Shown: in pieces, positions 10,758-21,969 of the stretch
How positions within the stretch are numbered: position 1 is the stretch's first letter
Layout of the letters: every line of letters begins with the position of its first letter
Source of the DNA: Histomonas meleagridis 2922-C6/04-290x
Lineage: Eukaryota; Protista; Parabasalia
Assembly: GCA_020184695.1 (NCBI GenBank)
Contig: JAANOX010000271.1
Coordinates: forward strand, 62,001-126,000
Reading direction: 5' to 3'
DNA length: 64,000 nt
The notes under the pieces: model-generated
The model's input: the letters and a program-made list of their open reading frames with translations, nothing else
Database searches by the model: none
Told to the model about the DNA's origin: nothing
Translations under genes and position numbers: made by a program

Positions 10758-12989
10758 TTATTTATATAATTCGACTTCGAGCTCGCCCATTAATTCCTCG
10801 AAACTTACATGTTGATATCCCAAATTTACGTATTCACTTGGCGCTTCATTTTCGACAAATTTTATTATTTTGTCAGCGAACATTTCAATGTCAAATCCTT
10901 TGTCAATCGGCAGCAGAAAACTCTGCAATTTGATTTCGATGTTATCTCTGATGTACAATGGCCAACTGCTTCCTTCGATAGGTGTAACTGAGTTTTCGAC
11001 ATCGATCAATGGAATTTGCAATTTATATAACTCATTAACATATCTTAAAAATTCGCTTTTTTGGATCAGACGGAGTGAGAAAGGCAAAATTTTTTGTATG
11101 AATTCATCCGATTTGAAATTGTCAATTATCAAATTGATGACTTTGTTAATGAAACTAATGACGGCGTTCGCTGATGAGTTTATCCAATCAGAAGATTCAA
11201 GTAACCTGAATGATTTAGCGAAAACATTTTTCACAATTTGTAATATATCGCAAGAATAAAATTCGCGAAGAGAAGCAACAAAAGCACGTCTAAATATAGA
11301 GTCAAACCCTAATGAATATGAGCTGCATTCCTCAGCTCTAAACACATAATCACATGCCGTTGAATTTGTATCTTCGCAATTTAAAACGCACGTTATGTTA
11401 TTGACTGGTTTACGCAAAATTGAAATGTAAACCACTGAATTATCCAAAGTGAATTTCCCCACAAAAACCGTTTCCGGATCATTTTCATTTGTTATTTGAA
11501 GTTGCGAATTTGCTATTTCGGAACTGAATGAGTCATCATTAGATAATATATATAATGAGCTATAACATAAGCGCGGTAAATTCATCGGAAGCATTGTATA
11601 TAATTTTTGAGGTAATGGAATTGGAATTGGAATACAATTAAATCGCGGAATTTGCTTACGAATTACAATTGGTTTGACTTCTTCTTCAATTATTTCTTCT
11701 TTCGGCGCTTCGTCTTCTTCTTTTGTATATATTTGTTCTGTCTCTTCTTCTTCTTCTTCATAACTTTGTTCTGTTTCTTCACTTGGAAGTGTTTGTTCTC
11801 CACTTTCTTCGTTTTGTTTAATATCGATTTGTTCTGTTTCTTCATTTGGTATTGGAAATGTTTCGGTTTTTGGTGTTGGAAATGTTTCAGTTTTTGGTGT
11901 CGGAAATGTTTCTTGAGGAGCAATTGGCGGAGGTACATTTGTTGACGATTCCATTGGTGGACATAAGAAGTCGATTAAACTTATAGAGTCGAATGCGTTT
12001 TGTATTGATTCTGGTATTACCACATTTGGTATAATTGATAGGTCTGTGTTTGTATTGTTTTCAAAGTTCACAATGTTAGGTGAAACGTTTTTATAACTTT
12101 TGATTTGAAAGGCCTCAGAAAATGTATTCAAATTTTCATCAGAAAATTCAAACAGATTCTTTACCATGACGATGGGAAACTGCTCTCTCAATGACTTTCT
12201 GAGGTTTACAAGAGCGTCGATGTAAAGAATTGCAGAATTTTCCAACGCTGTGATAGAGATATAAATTGGGGTGTTATTTATTATGTTTAAAAACTGCTTG
12301 ACGTCATTATTTACTACTGCTTTTCTTAAGTTAATTGCGGCTTGTATTGGAGGGGAATTAATTACATCATTTGGAAATGTCATTAATTTATTCATAAATC
12401 CTTGGCTTGGTAAGTTAAGTAATAAATTTAATGATTTAAACTCATAATCAAATGGCGCACGATATCCATTTTGCATATAAAAATTATCATATCGTTCTTG
12501 TAAAAGTGAAAAACAATTCTCTAAAAGTTCCTGATTTTGTTTGTAACTGAATTTATCTGATGAATAGCAAACAAATTTTGCTCCAGACCAAATAAAAAAA
12601 AGTAATATCTTAAAAAGTATTTCGATTACTTCTAAACCTTGAAGATTTTGAAGTGTAATATCGAGTTCAATTGCACGAAATCGATCACGTAAAAAAAGAT
12701 ATAAGTCAAGATATGTTGTATCTTCTGACGTATTAAGTCTTTTTTGTATGACATATGAAAAAATGAAATCCATTGTTTTTTGTAAAACCGGCAAAGGGCG
12801 GATGTCTTTGGGATCATATTTTTTTTGCGCACCACTGCGAACATATTTTGAGATTGCAAGATTTTCATCAAATTTACCCGTGTTTGGATTGAATTCAAAT
12901 GCTGAAACTGCACCCTCATGAACGAGTTCTCCATTTGGATAACGAATAAATTGTGATGGTGGACACATTGTCATGCATTCACCAAGCAT
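10758..12989 (-). CDS. SAC3/GANP family mRNA export factor
   Basis: MLGECMTMCP start; YVRSGA...DIRPLPVLQKTMDFI; YLFLRDRFRAIELDITLQ, which are the characteristic SAC3/GANP domain motifs. Confidence 0.85.
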   Translation of the reverse strand: MLGECMTMCPPSQFIRYPNGELVHEGAVSAFEFNPNTGKFDENLAISKYVRSGAQKKYDPKDIRPLPVLQKTMDFIFSYVIQKRLNTSEDTTYLDLYLFLRDRFRAIELDITLQNLQGLEVIEILFKILLFFIWSGAKFVCYSSDKFSYKQNQELLENCFSLLQERYDNFYMQNGYRAPFDYEFKSLNLLLNLPSQGFMNKLMTFPNDVINSPPIQAAINLRKAVVNNDVKQFLNIINNTPIYISITALENSAILYIDALVNLRKSLREQFPIVMVKNLFEFSDENLNTFSEAFQIKSYKNVSPNIVNFENNTNTDLSIIPNVVIPESIQNAFDSISLIDFLCPPMESSTNVPPPIAPQETFPTPKTETFPTPKTETFPIPNEETEQIDIKQNEESGEQTLPSEETEQSYEEEEEETEQIYTKEEDEAPKEEIIEEEVKPIVIRKQIPRFNCIPIPIPLPQKLYTMLPMNLPRLCYSSLYILSNDDSFSSEIANSQLQITNENDPETVFVGKFTLDNSVVYISILRKPVNNITCVLNCEDTNSTACDYVFRAEECSSYSLGFDSIFRRAFVASLREFYSCDILQIVKNVFAKSFRLLESSDWINSSANAVISFINKVINLIIDNFKSDEFIQKILPFSLRLIQKSEFLRYVNELYKLQIPLIDVENSVTPIEGSSWPLYIRDNIEIKLQSFLLPIDKGFDIEMFADKIIKFVENEAPSEYVNLGYQHVSFEELMGELEVELYK
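11855..11913. repeat. 24-nt coding tandem repeat (TFPTPKTE, about 2.5 copies) in the SAC3 acidic linker
   Basis: ggaaatgtttc(g/a)gtttttggtgt(t/c) repeated directly. Confidence 0.85.
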
Positions 12990-13057
12990 TTTCTATTGAC
13001 AGAATATGTTAAAAAATTGACTATATTATGCCTTCCTAAATAAAAATCCCAAAAAAC

Positions 13058-13062
13058 TCATT
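13058..13062 (+). promoter_or_regulatory. Trichomonad-type initiator (Inr) TCATT
   Basis: TCATT three bases before the ATG at 13066; matches the TCAYW Inr consensus. Confidence 0.5.
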
Positions 13063-13065
13063 CCA

Positions 13066-13851
13066 ATGATTACAATTTCCTTCTTTCTAATATACACAAT
13101 CATTGGAATATTTTGTTGTTTTATCCTAACTGTTTTTTGGACGAAGTTTTTAAAGGGTTTTTTATTAAATACATATTATCAACAAAAATGTGAAAAATTT
13201 TCAAACAAGCAAAATTTATTAGAATTAGGTCCAGTACAACTCTCAGTTATATACAGGGCGCCTAAAAACATCGAATCAATTCGAGATCAAATTCGATGTA
13301 TTAATGAATTAATTAAAGAAAATCTTAGTAATGATTTTACATATGAAATCTTATGTCTTACAGATGACCCAAATACTTATTACTACTTAAAGCGTATTGA
13401 AAATGAATTATTAAACACCTTAATATTATACAGAGAAATAGAAGGATTAAAATGTCTTATAAATGGAATAATAGCATCAAGAGGTGATAGGATATGTGAT
13501 GCTAATTTTGTTGCCACTCAAATTCCATCATTTTCTTCTGATTATAATGCCGATTATATAGATTTTCTTGAGCCTTTAACAACTGGAATGACACATCTTT
13601 TCAAGCCAAGAGATTACAGTGCGCCTATTTCAATGACAAGGGGAGCAGCGCTAAAAATATTTCCAAAACTTCACATGATTCGTTTTTCATCATCAAACGA
13701 AATATTTCGTATATGTAAAACGATGAATATGCAAGTTCGTGTTGGAACCCAATTCTTCGGACGCAGTGAAATTCCTTTTCACATTATTGTCATCACTTTT
13801 TTGATGAAAAAACTTACAGACATTTTGTATAGAGTTGGAATTTGGTGTTAA
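13066..13851 (+). CDS. Divergent GT2/ALG5-like (dolichyl-phosphate glucosyltransferase-like) membrane protein
   Basis: N-terminal TM helix, then VQLSVIYRAP...FTYEILCLTDD, the GT2 beta1/beta2 layout; C-terminal LFPKLHMIRF resembles the ALG5 tail. The DXD motif is not intact. Confidence 0.5.
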   Translation: MITISFFLIYTIIGIFCCFILTVFWTKFLKGFLLNTYYQQKCEKFSNKQNLLELGPVQLSVIYRAPKNIESIRDQIRCINELIKENLSNDFTYEILCLTDDPNTYYYLKRIENELLNTLILYREIEGLKCLINGIIASRGDRICDANFVATQIPSFSSDYNADYIDFLEPLTTGMTHLFKPRDYSAPISMTRGAALKIFPKLHMIRFSSSNEIFRICKTMNMQVRVGTQFFGRSEIPFHIIVITFLMKKLTDILYRVGIWC

Positions 13852-14347
13852 AACAACAACTATACAGTATTGATTTATTAAATTTAAATAACTATATAAT
13901 TTTTTTTTAGTTAAATAACTGATTTTTGTGTTGTATTATGTGTGAAAATTTATGACGAATAACTCACAGTCGATTAATTCAAAAATCTCAAAGTTTTCCC
14001 TTTCAAGGAACTGTAACATTGTTGTTTTCTTGGTCCAGAAATTATTCAAATTTTAAGGGAACACCGAACAAATTTCACTCAAAACACCTGTTGTAAACGA
14101 GCTAAAAGTGACCAAATTATCTCAAGGAAAATTCTTTAAATTATTTCAAGTAACAACACCCAAAAAGTAAAACAAAATTTTAAGTTAACATGTGTCAACG
14201 ATAAGATCGCCAAGTTTTAAAATTAATAAACGTGCATTTTTTTCTGGGGTACTCCACTTTTTGAGAATGAAAAACAAGATTATCTTTATTTTATTTCTTT
14301 ATTTAACATTTTTATTCGAGTTTTAGGTTTATATCTAGGTTTTGTAT

Positions 14348-15094
14348 TCAAATATCTTTTGAAATAGGTTGATTTTTTTCCGTATTAATTAATTCATACA
14401 TGTTAAAAAGAATATTCCTGTGCATTGATTGACATCTTTTTATTTCGCCATTTGCACGAAATTTCTGATCTCGCATTGGTATAAATCTTCCAACGCAAAG
14501 CCCTGGAAATTCAGATTGAATTCCCTTAAAGCCGCTTTCCAAAAGGTACATTTTTGGAAAACAGAGTGTGGGGTAATCACGTATGTTGATTTTTCTGTCA
14601 TAATTTCGAAACGCTCTCATAATAGTCAAAGCTCTATTATCAGAAGCTGATTCGCAATAAAACACCAAAGATTGGTATCTTTTGGCATGGAATTTAAAGA
14701 ATTGTACTACATCTGATGTTCTATAAATGTTTTGAGCGTTAATAGCATGGCCACCCAAAAATTCATAGGGGTATCTAGAATCTATCGGAAATAATCTTGT
14801 ATCACCATAAGCTATCATATCATGATAAAACTTTGGAGATATAATTGGGAATTCCATATCTACCAAGTTTCTTCTATTTCGGCTACCATCACAAGACTCG
14901 CCATCATTCCCACTTTGGAAACTTAAATCGGGTGTTGGGATAATCCGATCATTTACCTGTGGGAATGAGTCTCTTATCATTTTGTGAGGTGTTGCCTCAG
15001 CCAAGTTTGAATGGCCATGTCCACTTTTTGGGCCAGCTGTAATTGAAACAGTTTTGAGGGATCTGATCTGAAAATGGTCCAATTTGAGAGGCAT
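14348..15094 (-). CDS. Cdc25-like rhodanese-domain protein
   Basis: IDSRYPYEFLGGHAINAQNI, LVFYCESASDNRA, RNYDRKIN...YPTLCFPKMYLLESGF follow the Cdc25 catalytic-domain order; ATG at 15094. Confidence 0.8.
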   Translation of the reverse strand: MPLKLDHFQIRSLKTVSITAGPKSGHGHSNLAEATPHKMIRDSFPQVNDRIIPTPDLSFQSGNDGESCDGSRNRRNLVDMEFPIISPKFYHDMIAYGDTRLFPIDSRYPYEFLGGHAINAQNIYRTSDVVQFFKFHAKRYQSLVFYCESASDNRALTIMRAFRNYDRKINIRDYPTLCFPKMYLLESGFKGIQSEFPGLCVGRFIPMRDQKFRANGEIKRCQSMHRNILFNMYELINTEKNQPISKDI

Positions 15095-15202
15095 TGAAAT
15101 ATTATGTGAAGTTCTTTTTTCATTGAAAAACGGGATGGAAAAACTCAATTTTTAAACGTTATATAATGAGAATCCCAACTAAAATCAAAATAAAAACAAA
15201 TT

Positions 15203-18200
15203 TTACTTATTATCTATCATATATTCCAATTCGAATGGAGTCAATGTATACAAACAAAAATTAGAAGTTAACCCAATAAAACATCCAATACTTTCTTTAT
15301 ATCGAACGCATAATAAATCGGGATCCTTAAAATTGATATATTTAAAGTTATATAAATTTGCGACTTCAAATATACCAATTTCATTCGCAGTATCTATGAA
15401 TAAAACATAATCAATTCCTTTTATGGTTTGGAATGTTTCCCAATGTTTTATGTTAAATTTGATATCTTTTTTAGATACAAATTTCCCATTTAACGTATAA
15501 ACATAAATTTCGTTTTGGATTTCAACAACTATAAAACCAAATGAATTCGTGACTAAAATTTTTTCGGATTCTTTTCCATTTAAGTCAATGATTGCGGAGA
15601 TTTTATTCTCTGTTAAAGAATGCGCATATATGAAACAATTTTCTGTTCCATAAACGCAAATGTTAAACTTTTGATTTATTGTGAAACAACAAATTTTTTC
15701 TGTTGTTTCGAATATTTCATTAATTTTATTTTTATTTATATTGTATAACTTAATTATACATTCATTATAACATGTATAAATGTTATCATCATCGATAAAT
15801 GTTGGATTAATCTCAAACGAAAATGTTTTTATCGAATTTGGTGTTATATAACTAAAGTTTATATCAGTTATATATAAAAATCCTTTATTATTTATTAAGA
15901 TATTAAATTGCGTATTAAAATTAGATATCGTTTGTACCGAATAATATTTAATTTGATCAAAATTAATTTCATAAAATATAACTTTTTGTGTTTTTAAAAT
16001 TATAAATAAATAATTAGTATTAAGAAATCCTGATTTTATTATATCTGTTGGTTCAATACCTAATGATACAAACTTATAAGAATTGACAATAGTAAATTTA
16101 GGAATTTCATTTTTAGGTAAATAATTTTCAGTAAACTTATTTTTTGAATATTCAGTGATGTCACTTTTTTCAAGTGAAATTCGATTCAAGTAAACTTCTG
16201 AAATAGGCTTATCGTTTATTTCAGGGAACATAAAATCGTCGATAGGAATTTCAATGTAATTTTGGTTTTTATCGTCGAATAATGGTAACAAAGGATAAAT
16301 TTCATTAACATGAAAGGATTTATTATTAAATAAATTCATCAAAAGCAAATATCTAAAATTAGTTTTTATGTTTTTTAAATAATTTTCTAATATTTCGATT
16401 GGTTTTGTGTAAAATTTAGGATTTATTGTACAAAATATTTTTATTATTTCATTAAATTGATTTAAATTCATTTCAGTAAAACTTAAAAAGAATGATCCAT
16501 AGCCATTAGTGAATATTTCTAAACAGAAGTCATTGTTCTTAATACTTCTTTTAAGAATAAATAAAATATTTTCGATTTTAATTACAAAAGATTTCGAACA
16601 CATTAAACTTATTCGAATTTCATTTTGATATATGATTAAAAACCCATTAAATCCTTGATTAAATTTATATAATGTTATTTGTACTAATATTATTTTCGAT
16701 TCATCATTTACATTAGTTTCAATATATTTCGAAAATAAATTTTGCATTTGATTATTCGGGTTATAAAGATTAAATTTACATGGATAAAAAAACTTACAAT
16801 GATCAAAGTCTCTTTCCCTAAGTGAAGAAACAGTAATTTTATTCACATAAGATAAAAACAAATTTATCATTTTGGATGTAGGAGGATAAGGTATTGGAGA
16901 AATCGTTAAAATTTCATGAGGAATTTCACTGAAGTATTCTATTGAATTCACTTTTTCAATGTTCTTCGACTTTTTGATAAAATTAATAATTTCATTTTTT
17001 AAAGTTTTAATATTATAAATATTTTGTTCATTAAATATTATTAATATATTAGATAATGATTCCATGAAATAATTAAATCTATTTAATCTATTTTCAGACT
17101 TATTTTTGTTTAATAATTTGATGTAATTTATTACATCAATATAAATATTAATTTCATTAATTTCTTCTAAAATTTTTTCTAAAAAATCAATTTTTTCATT
17201 ATCTTGATCTAATAAATCATAATGAAGCGAAGTTATATTTAATTCATTTAATAATTCATCAAAAGAATTTATATCAAACTTGAAATTTTTATTATTAAAA
17301 TCATTTATACTTATCGAAAAAGGAGAATTTATAAATAATTGGATTAAAGAATTTTGATAATTATTTGATAAATTAAAAAATAATATTTCGAATAAAGGTT
17401 TTAATATTATTAATTTTTTATTTTTATCTTTCTCATATAAATCCTTTAAAATCATAAAAACAAATTCTTTTATATTAAAATCAGGTAAAAACACATTAAC
17501 AATTAATAAAAAATTCACAAACAAATTTAAATTATTTGAGATATCATTAATATCATTAAATATTAAAGCGATTAATTGTTGAATTGGTATTAATTGATCT
17601 ATTTGTATATGTGCAGAATATAAACAAAACCAAACAAACCAAAATTTATCATTTTTATATATTTTATAATTTAAGTTATTAATATTATTCCGAACATAAC
17701 CCAACAATTTATACTTTTGATGAGTTTCATTTAATGTCAAAGAAATACACATTATTACATATATTAAACCAGGATAATCACAAAAATATACTAAAAACAA
17801 TTGATGTAATATTAAAATTTTTGGATGACCAATTAATTTATAAGCGATTTGTGTCATATTTTCCAAATATTTTGGATATGAAATTTCATGTATTAAAATT
17901 ACAGTATTTAATATTATATCTTCATTATCTTTATTTAATAAGTTATATAACCAATTTAATAAATAAAACTTTTTTTCTTCATTTAACATATTAATTGAAT
18001 TTAATAAAAGTTTTAAAAATATTATAATCGGTTTATCATTTTTAGCATTCATTAAAAAACATATTAATAAAGATAAATCATTTTGATCGAAATTTATTTT
18101 ATTAGCTTCTTGTAATAAATATATATAATTACTTCCACATTGTTGAATATCTTTCTCAGTATAATCATCCGAAAATTGTTTCGAATATTTATTCTCAAAA

Positions 18201-21200
18201 AAATGATTAAACATCATTAACAATTTCGAATAATAATTTTCTCTTAAGAAAATCGAAGAACAAATTTTAGTACAATTATGACCCCAATGATAAGTTATTC
18301 TTTCGAAAGTTTTCGGCTGACTTTTAATCCACAAATCACAATTTAATATTATATTATCAAACAAATCGCACAAAGTTTTTTCTGAATGTTGTAATATGTC
18401 AACTAATGAAAAAAATGCTAAATATAAATTATATGTTAATTTATCATAAGAAAATTCTTTTAATATTATTTCGATTATACCGAAATATTGGAAATTATCT
18501 TTAAAATTTGATGATATATCAAATAGTTGTGTAATTATACCAATGATAATTCCCGGGAAATCATTTGATAATTTGGATAAATTACCGAATAATGGAATAA
18601 GATTTAACATATTTTGTTTTGAACAAAATACTTTTTCTAATGTATAATCATAATTATAATGATTAACAATAATTTCTTTAATTTTTTTAGTATTATTATT
18701 TGGATTTATAATATTTTGTGTAACATAATAATTATTATTTAAATTTGGTGTTAATGAAGTTTGTATATAATAATTATTAATGTCTTTTAATGAAGAAATT
18801 CCTCGTTGACTAATTTGAATTAATTCTTCTTCATTTAAAGGATTTAATATTAATGAAAAAGGACCTAAAAATCCAATTAAGTTTGAAGAAATATTTTTAT
18901 TTTTATTTTCATTGTTTCCAATTATTAATTTTAATTTCGAATTTGGATTAAACTTTAAATATTCAGTTTCGGTACAAAATCCAATTCGATTTTCACAAAA
19001 AAATCCAATACATGTTAAGTTTTTAGATAATCTTTGAGATATGAAACTACAAAATATCCATTCATTATTCGGGAAATTTATATAACATTTCCATTCTTGA
19101 TTTTTACATTTAAAATATATAGAATCACGATTAATAAATAAAGAAACAAAATTATCTTCTTTATTTTCTTCAACAACATTAAATATATTTATCGATAAAT
19201 CATTTTGTACTGAAAATGGTATATCGATTTTAATCCAAAAACAAAATGTATAATTACCATTAAATATTTGTACTGGGATTTTATTAATTGTTAAAATCGA
19301 TGAATTATAATCTAAATTAAAAATTGGCGAAATTCGAGATTTAATATTAGTTAATTGTGTATTTAGAAATACTGCTGCTTTATTACATATTAAAGGGTTT
19401 TCATATAAACATAATAAGTTTATTAACATTTGTCCAATTATATTATTCGACTTAATTGATGTTATAGTTCCAAGTAATGGAAATATTTCATTATCAATAA
19501 TTTCTTCATTAAAATTTAACTCAAATGAAACGCCATGAAATGAAACAACTTTAGAATTATCTTTATAAAAGTTATATATAAAACTTAATAAAATATAATC
19601 TAAGCCTCCTTCATGACATGAGATACAATTATGATATGAAAAGTTACATAAATCAATAAACAATTTTAATATTATATGAATTTGTGTTTGGAATAACCCA
19701 AATGAAGCAAAAAGTAATGAAATCATTGATGGCTTTCTAATAAGAAATAATGTATTGTTACCTAATGATGTAGTTCCAGCACATAAATTTAATAATGATA
19801 AATATATCGAATTATTAATTTCAAATGATTTAATTATTATAACTAATTGATTAAATTGTTTCGATTTGAGTTGAAAGTTTGGAATGTTCTGTGAAAATAA
19901 TAAAAGTAATTTGATACAGTTTTGTAACATCGTTAAATTTGGATTTAAATACGTGTAATTAAGAAATGCATCAAACATTAATGTGAAATATGGAATTAAC
20001 TTGTTATTATTAGTTAAAACATATATTAATAATTCGGAAATTGCTTCGATTAACTTTTCATTTTCATCTTTATTATCATTTTCGTTATTTAGAATGAAAT
20101 ATAAGTTATATAAATTCGGCGTGATTAACTCTAATGAAGTTTTTGGTATATTTTTAATTTGTTCATAGTTAATTAAGTAATTCCTTAATGTACTTAACAC
20201 TAATGATCTTAAAAAGTTAATGAAAACAAATCCAATGAATTCGGATACAAAAAATTTATAATGAAAAAAATCGTTTGAAATAGTTTCATTATTAATTAAC
20301 GTAAACAAAAAACAAAGTGCAGTATGTAATGCAGATAAAAACACCAAATTTGAAGTATTAACAGTTCTTTGATACACGAAAAACTTAATAATTTTAATTA
20401 CTGATTTTAATGTATTTTTTGTTAAAAAAGTTTCCAAATTTAAGTTTTGCATTGATAAAAATCGTGCCAAAATTTCTGTATATAATAATGGATATTGAAA
20501 AAAATTCTCTAAAAATTCGGGAAATCGACTTTCCATAGTATCTTCGATTAAATTCAATGAATGTGCTCTTAAAGAATTTAAAAAACTTGAAACGTTTTCA
20601 TTAAATATTGTGTAAGAAGGATCGAATATTGATTTATGTTGCAAGAAATCCTCTAAAAACATCATTGATATCTTCTTCTTTAAAAAATTTATCATTACTA
20701 AACCACACGCGAAGTATTGGAAGTTTCCAGCACTTATTATTGCCATAAAAATTTGTTTTAATGTGCCGAAAAAGATATCAATTCCTTGTCCATTTGCAAC
20801 TTTTAAAACATCGGAGAAATGCTTTAAAAAAGGATAAAAACTTTGATCTGGTAATTCGTTTATAGGAATTTCTTGTTTAATGTTATAAGGTAATAAACCT
20901 TTTTCATATAATGTTAAATCATCATTATAATATTTGAATTGTTTTAAATATTTTTCTTTAGAATTCCATTCGATGATTTCTTGCTTAGGTAATAAGTCAT
21001 CTTTATAGCCTGTTTTTAATAAGTTTTCGTAAATTTGTTCAAGCTCATTCGAAAATAAGGTCGGAAATAATAAAAAACAGTCTTTAGCGGCACTCGAAAA
21101 TTGAATCGACGAAATTTTACAAATCGTTTCAAAAACTGGAAAAATTAATGTACTGGAATAAAATGGGGCTAACACAATAATAAGCTTTGGATATGAATGA

Positions 21201-21904
21201 ACAGGTAAACAGTTGCTTTGGGAAATTACTAAGGAATATAACATGTTAAATAATGGTCGACAATCTAATTGATCTGATTGTAACGATATTTTTGATACGA
21301 AAGTAAGGATGTTGGGAGTGATTTCTTCGGTAAGTGTCTTGTTTTGGACAATATAGAATGTTAAATTTTTGAGTAAATCATAATCAATGATGATGGATTG
21401 TGACTCATTTAAAATTGTAAATGTTACGTTAAATAAATAGTTACAAATGGGTGAATATGTTGGTGATGACGATGATGTGATGTTTAACCCACTAAAAAGT
21501 TCAGAAAGAATGGAATTGGTGATTATGTTGGGATCTTTATTAGAATAAAGAATAAAGGCCAACACTTGAAATAAAAAAATTATTGATAGCCTCTGTGATA
21601 TTGGGAAGTTTGATATTGCAAATTTTGTTAAATTTTCGAAATCACCAGGATCCCATGAAAATTGATTCAATGAACTCTCGAATGACTCTTGGAGGGACTT
21701 TGTTTTCAAAGACTCTTCTAATTTTTGTATTTTGAAAAAATCGAAGATTGGTAAATTTGAAAAAAGTATTTTTTCATTTTCATACTTTGACTCTGTTAAA
21801 ACAGAAAAGTTGTTCATGCGTATTTTAATCAACTCAATTATAGGATGTTTTGTTCGTGATGTGAAGAGCTTCATTCGGGAAATTGAGATTTTTTTAACGT
21901 TCAT
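15203..21904 (-). CDS. Beige/BEACH family protein (ConA-like, PH, shortened BEACH, WD40)
   Basis: ~2230 aa; YTFCFWIKID (ConA-like); FLSFTE PH-like region; RYLLLMNLFNNKSFHVNEIYPLLP (start of BEACH); C-terminal WD-like repeats. Start codon uncertain (21904, 21874 or 21817). Confidence 0.75.
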   Translation of the reverse strand: MNVKKISISRMKLFTSRTKHPIIELIKIRMNNFSVLTESKYENEKILFSNLPIFDFFKIQKLEESLKTKSLQESFESSLNQFSWDPGDFENLTKFAISNFPISQRLSIIFLFQVLAFILYSNKDPNIITNSILSELFSGLNITSSSSPTYSPICNYLFNVTFTILNESQSIIIDYDLLKNLTFYIVQNKTLTEEITPNILTFVSKISLQSDQLDCRPLFNMLYSLVISQSNCLPVHSYPKLIIVLAPFYSSTLIFPVFETICKISSIQFSSAAKDCFLLFPTLFSNELEQIYENLLKTGYKDDLLPKQEIIEWNSKEKYLKQFKYYNDDLTLYEKGLLPYNIKQEIPINELPDQSFYPFLKHFSDVLKVANGQGIDIFFGTLKQIFMAIISAGNFQYFACGLVMINFLKKKISMMFLEDFLQHKSIFDPSYTIFNENVSSFLNSLRAHSLNLIEDTMESRFPEFLENFFQYPLLYTEILARFLSMQNLNLETFLTKNTLKSVIKIIKFFVYQRTVNTSNLVFLSALHTALCFLFTLINNETISNDFFHYKFFVSEFIGFVFINFLRSLVLSTLRNYLINYEQIKNIPKTSLELITPNLYNLYFILNNENDNKDENEKLIEAISELLIYVLTNNNKLIPYFTLMFDAFLNYTYLNPNLTMLQNCIKLLLLFSQNIPNFQLKSKQFNQLVIIIKSFEINNSIYLSLLNLCAGTTSLGNNTLFLIRKPSMISLLFASFGLFQTQIHIILKLFIDLCNFSYHNCISCHEGGLDYILLSFIYNFYKDNSKVVSFHGVSFELNFNEEIIDNEIFPLLGTITSIKSNNIIGQMLINLLCLYENPLICNKAAVFLNTQLTNIKSRISPIFNLDYNSSILTINKIPVQIFNGNYTFCFWIKIDIPFSVQNDLSINIFNVVEENKEDNFVSLFINRDSIYFKCKNQEWKCYINFPNNEWIFCSFISQRLSKNLTCIGFFCENRIGFCTETEYLKFNPNSKLKLIIGNNENKNKNISSNLIGFLGPFSLILNPLNEEELIQISQRGISSLKDINNYYIQTSLTPNLNNNYYVTQNIINPNNNTKKIKEIIVNHYNYDYTLEKVFCSKQNMLNLIPLFGNLSKLSNDFPGIIIGIITQLFDISSNFKDNFQYFGIIEIILKEFSYDKLTYNLYLAFFSLVDILQHSEKTLCDLFDNIILNCDLWIKSQPKTFERITYHWGHNCTKICSSIFLRENYYSKLLMMFNHFFENKYSKQFSDDYTEKDIQQCGSNYIYLLQEANKINFDQNDLSLLICFLMNAKNDKPIIIFLKLLLNSINMLNEEKKFYLLNWLYNLLNKDNEDIILNTVILIHEISYPKYLENMTQIAYKLIGHPKILILHQLFLVYFCDYPGLIYVIMCISLTLNETHQKYKLLGYVRNNINNLNYKIYKNDKFWFVWFCLYSAHIQIDQLIPIQQLIALIFNDINDISNNLNLFVNFLLIVNVFLPDFNIKEFVFMILKDLYEKDKNKKLIILKPLFEILFFNLSNNYQNSLIQLFINSPFSISINDFNNKNFKFDINSFDELLNELNITSLHYDLLDQDNEKIDFLEKILEEINEINIYIDVINYIKLLNKNKSENRLNRFNYFMESLSNILIIFNEQNIYNIKTLKNEIINFIKKSKNIEKVNSIEYFSEIPHEILTISPIPYPPTSKMINLFLSYVNKITVSSLRERDFDHCKFFYPCKFNLYNPNNQMQNLFSKYIETNVNDESKIILVQITLYKFNQGFNGFLIIYQNEIRISLMCSKSFVIKIENILFILKRSIKNNDFCLEIFTNGYGSFFLSFTEMNLNQFNEIIKIFCTINPKFYTKPIEILENYLKNIKTNFRYLLLMNLFNNKSFHVNEIYPLLPLFDDKNQNYIEIPIDDFMFPEINDKPISEVYLNRISLEKSDITEYSKNKFTENYLPKNEIPKFTIVNSYKFVSLGIEPTDIIKSGFLNTNYLFIILKTQKVIFYEINFDQIKYYSVQTISNFNTQFNILINNKGFLYITDINFSYITPNSIKTFSFEINPTFIDDDNIYTCYNECIIKLYNINKNKINEIFETTEKICCFTINQKFNICVYGTENCFIYAHSLTENKISAIIDLNGKESEKILVTNSFGFIVVEIQNEIYVYTLNGKFVSKKDIKFNIKHWETFQTIKGIDYVLFIDTANEIGIFEVANLYNFKYINFKDPDLLCVRYKESIGCFIGLTSNFCLYTLTPFELEYMIDNK

Positions 21905-21969
21905 TTTCACATGAATTAAAGAATTGTTTAATTAAATGTCTTTAACATTAATTTTATTAGTAATTCAGC

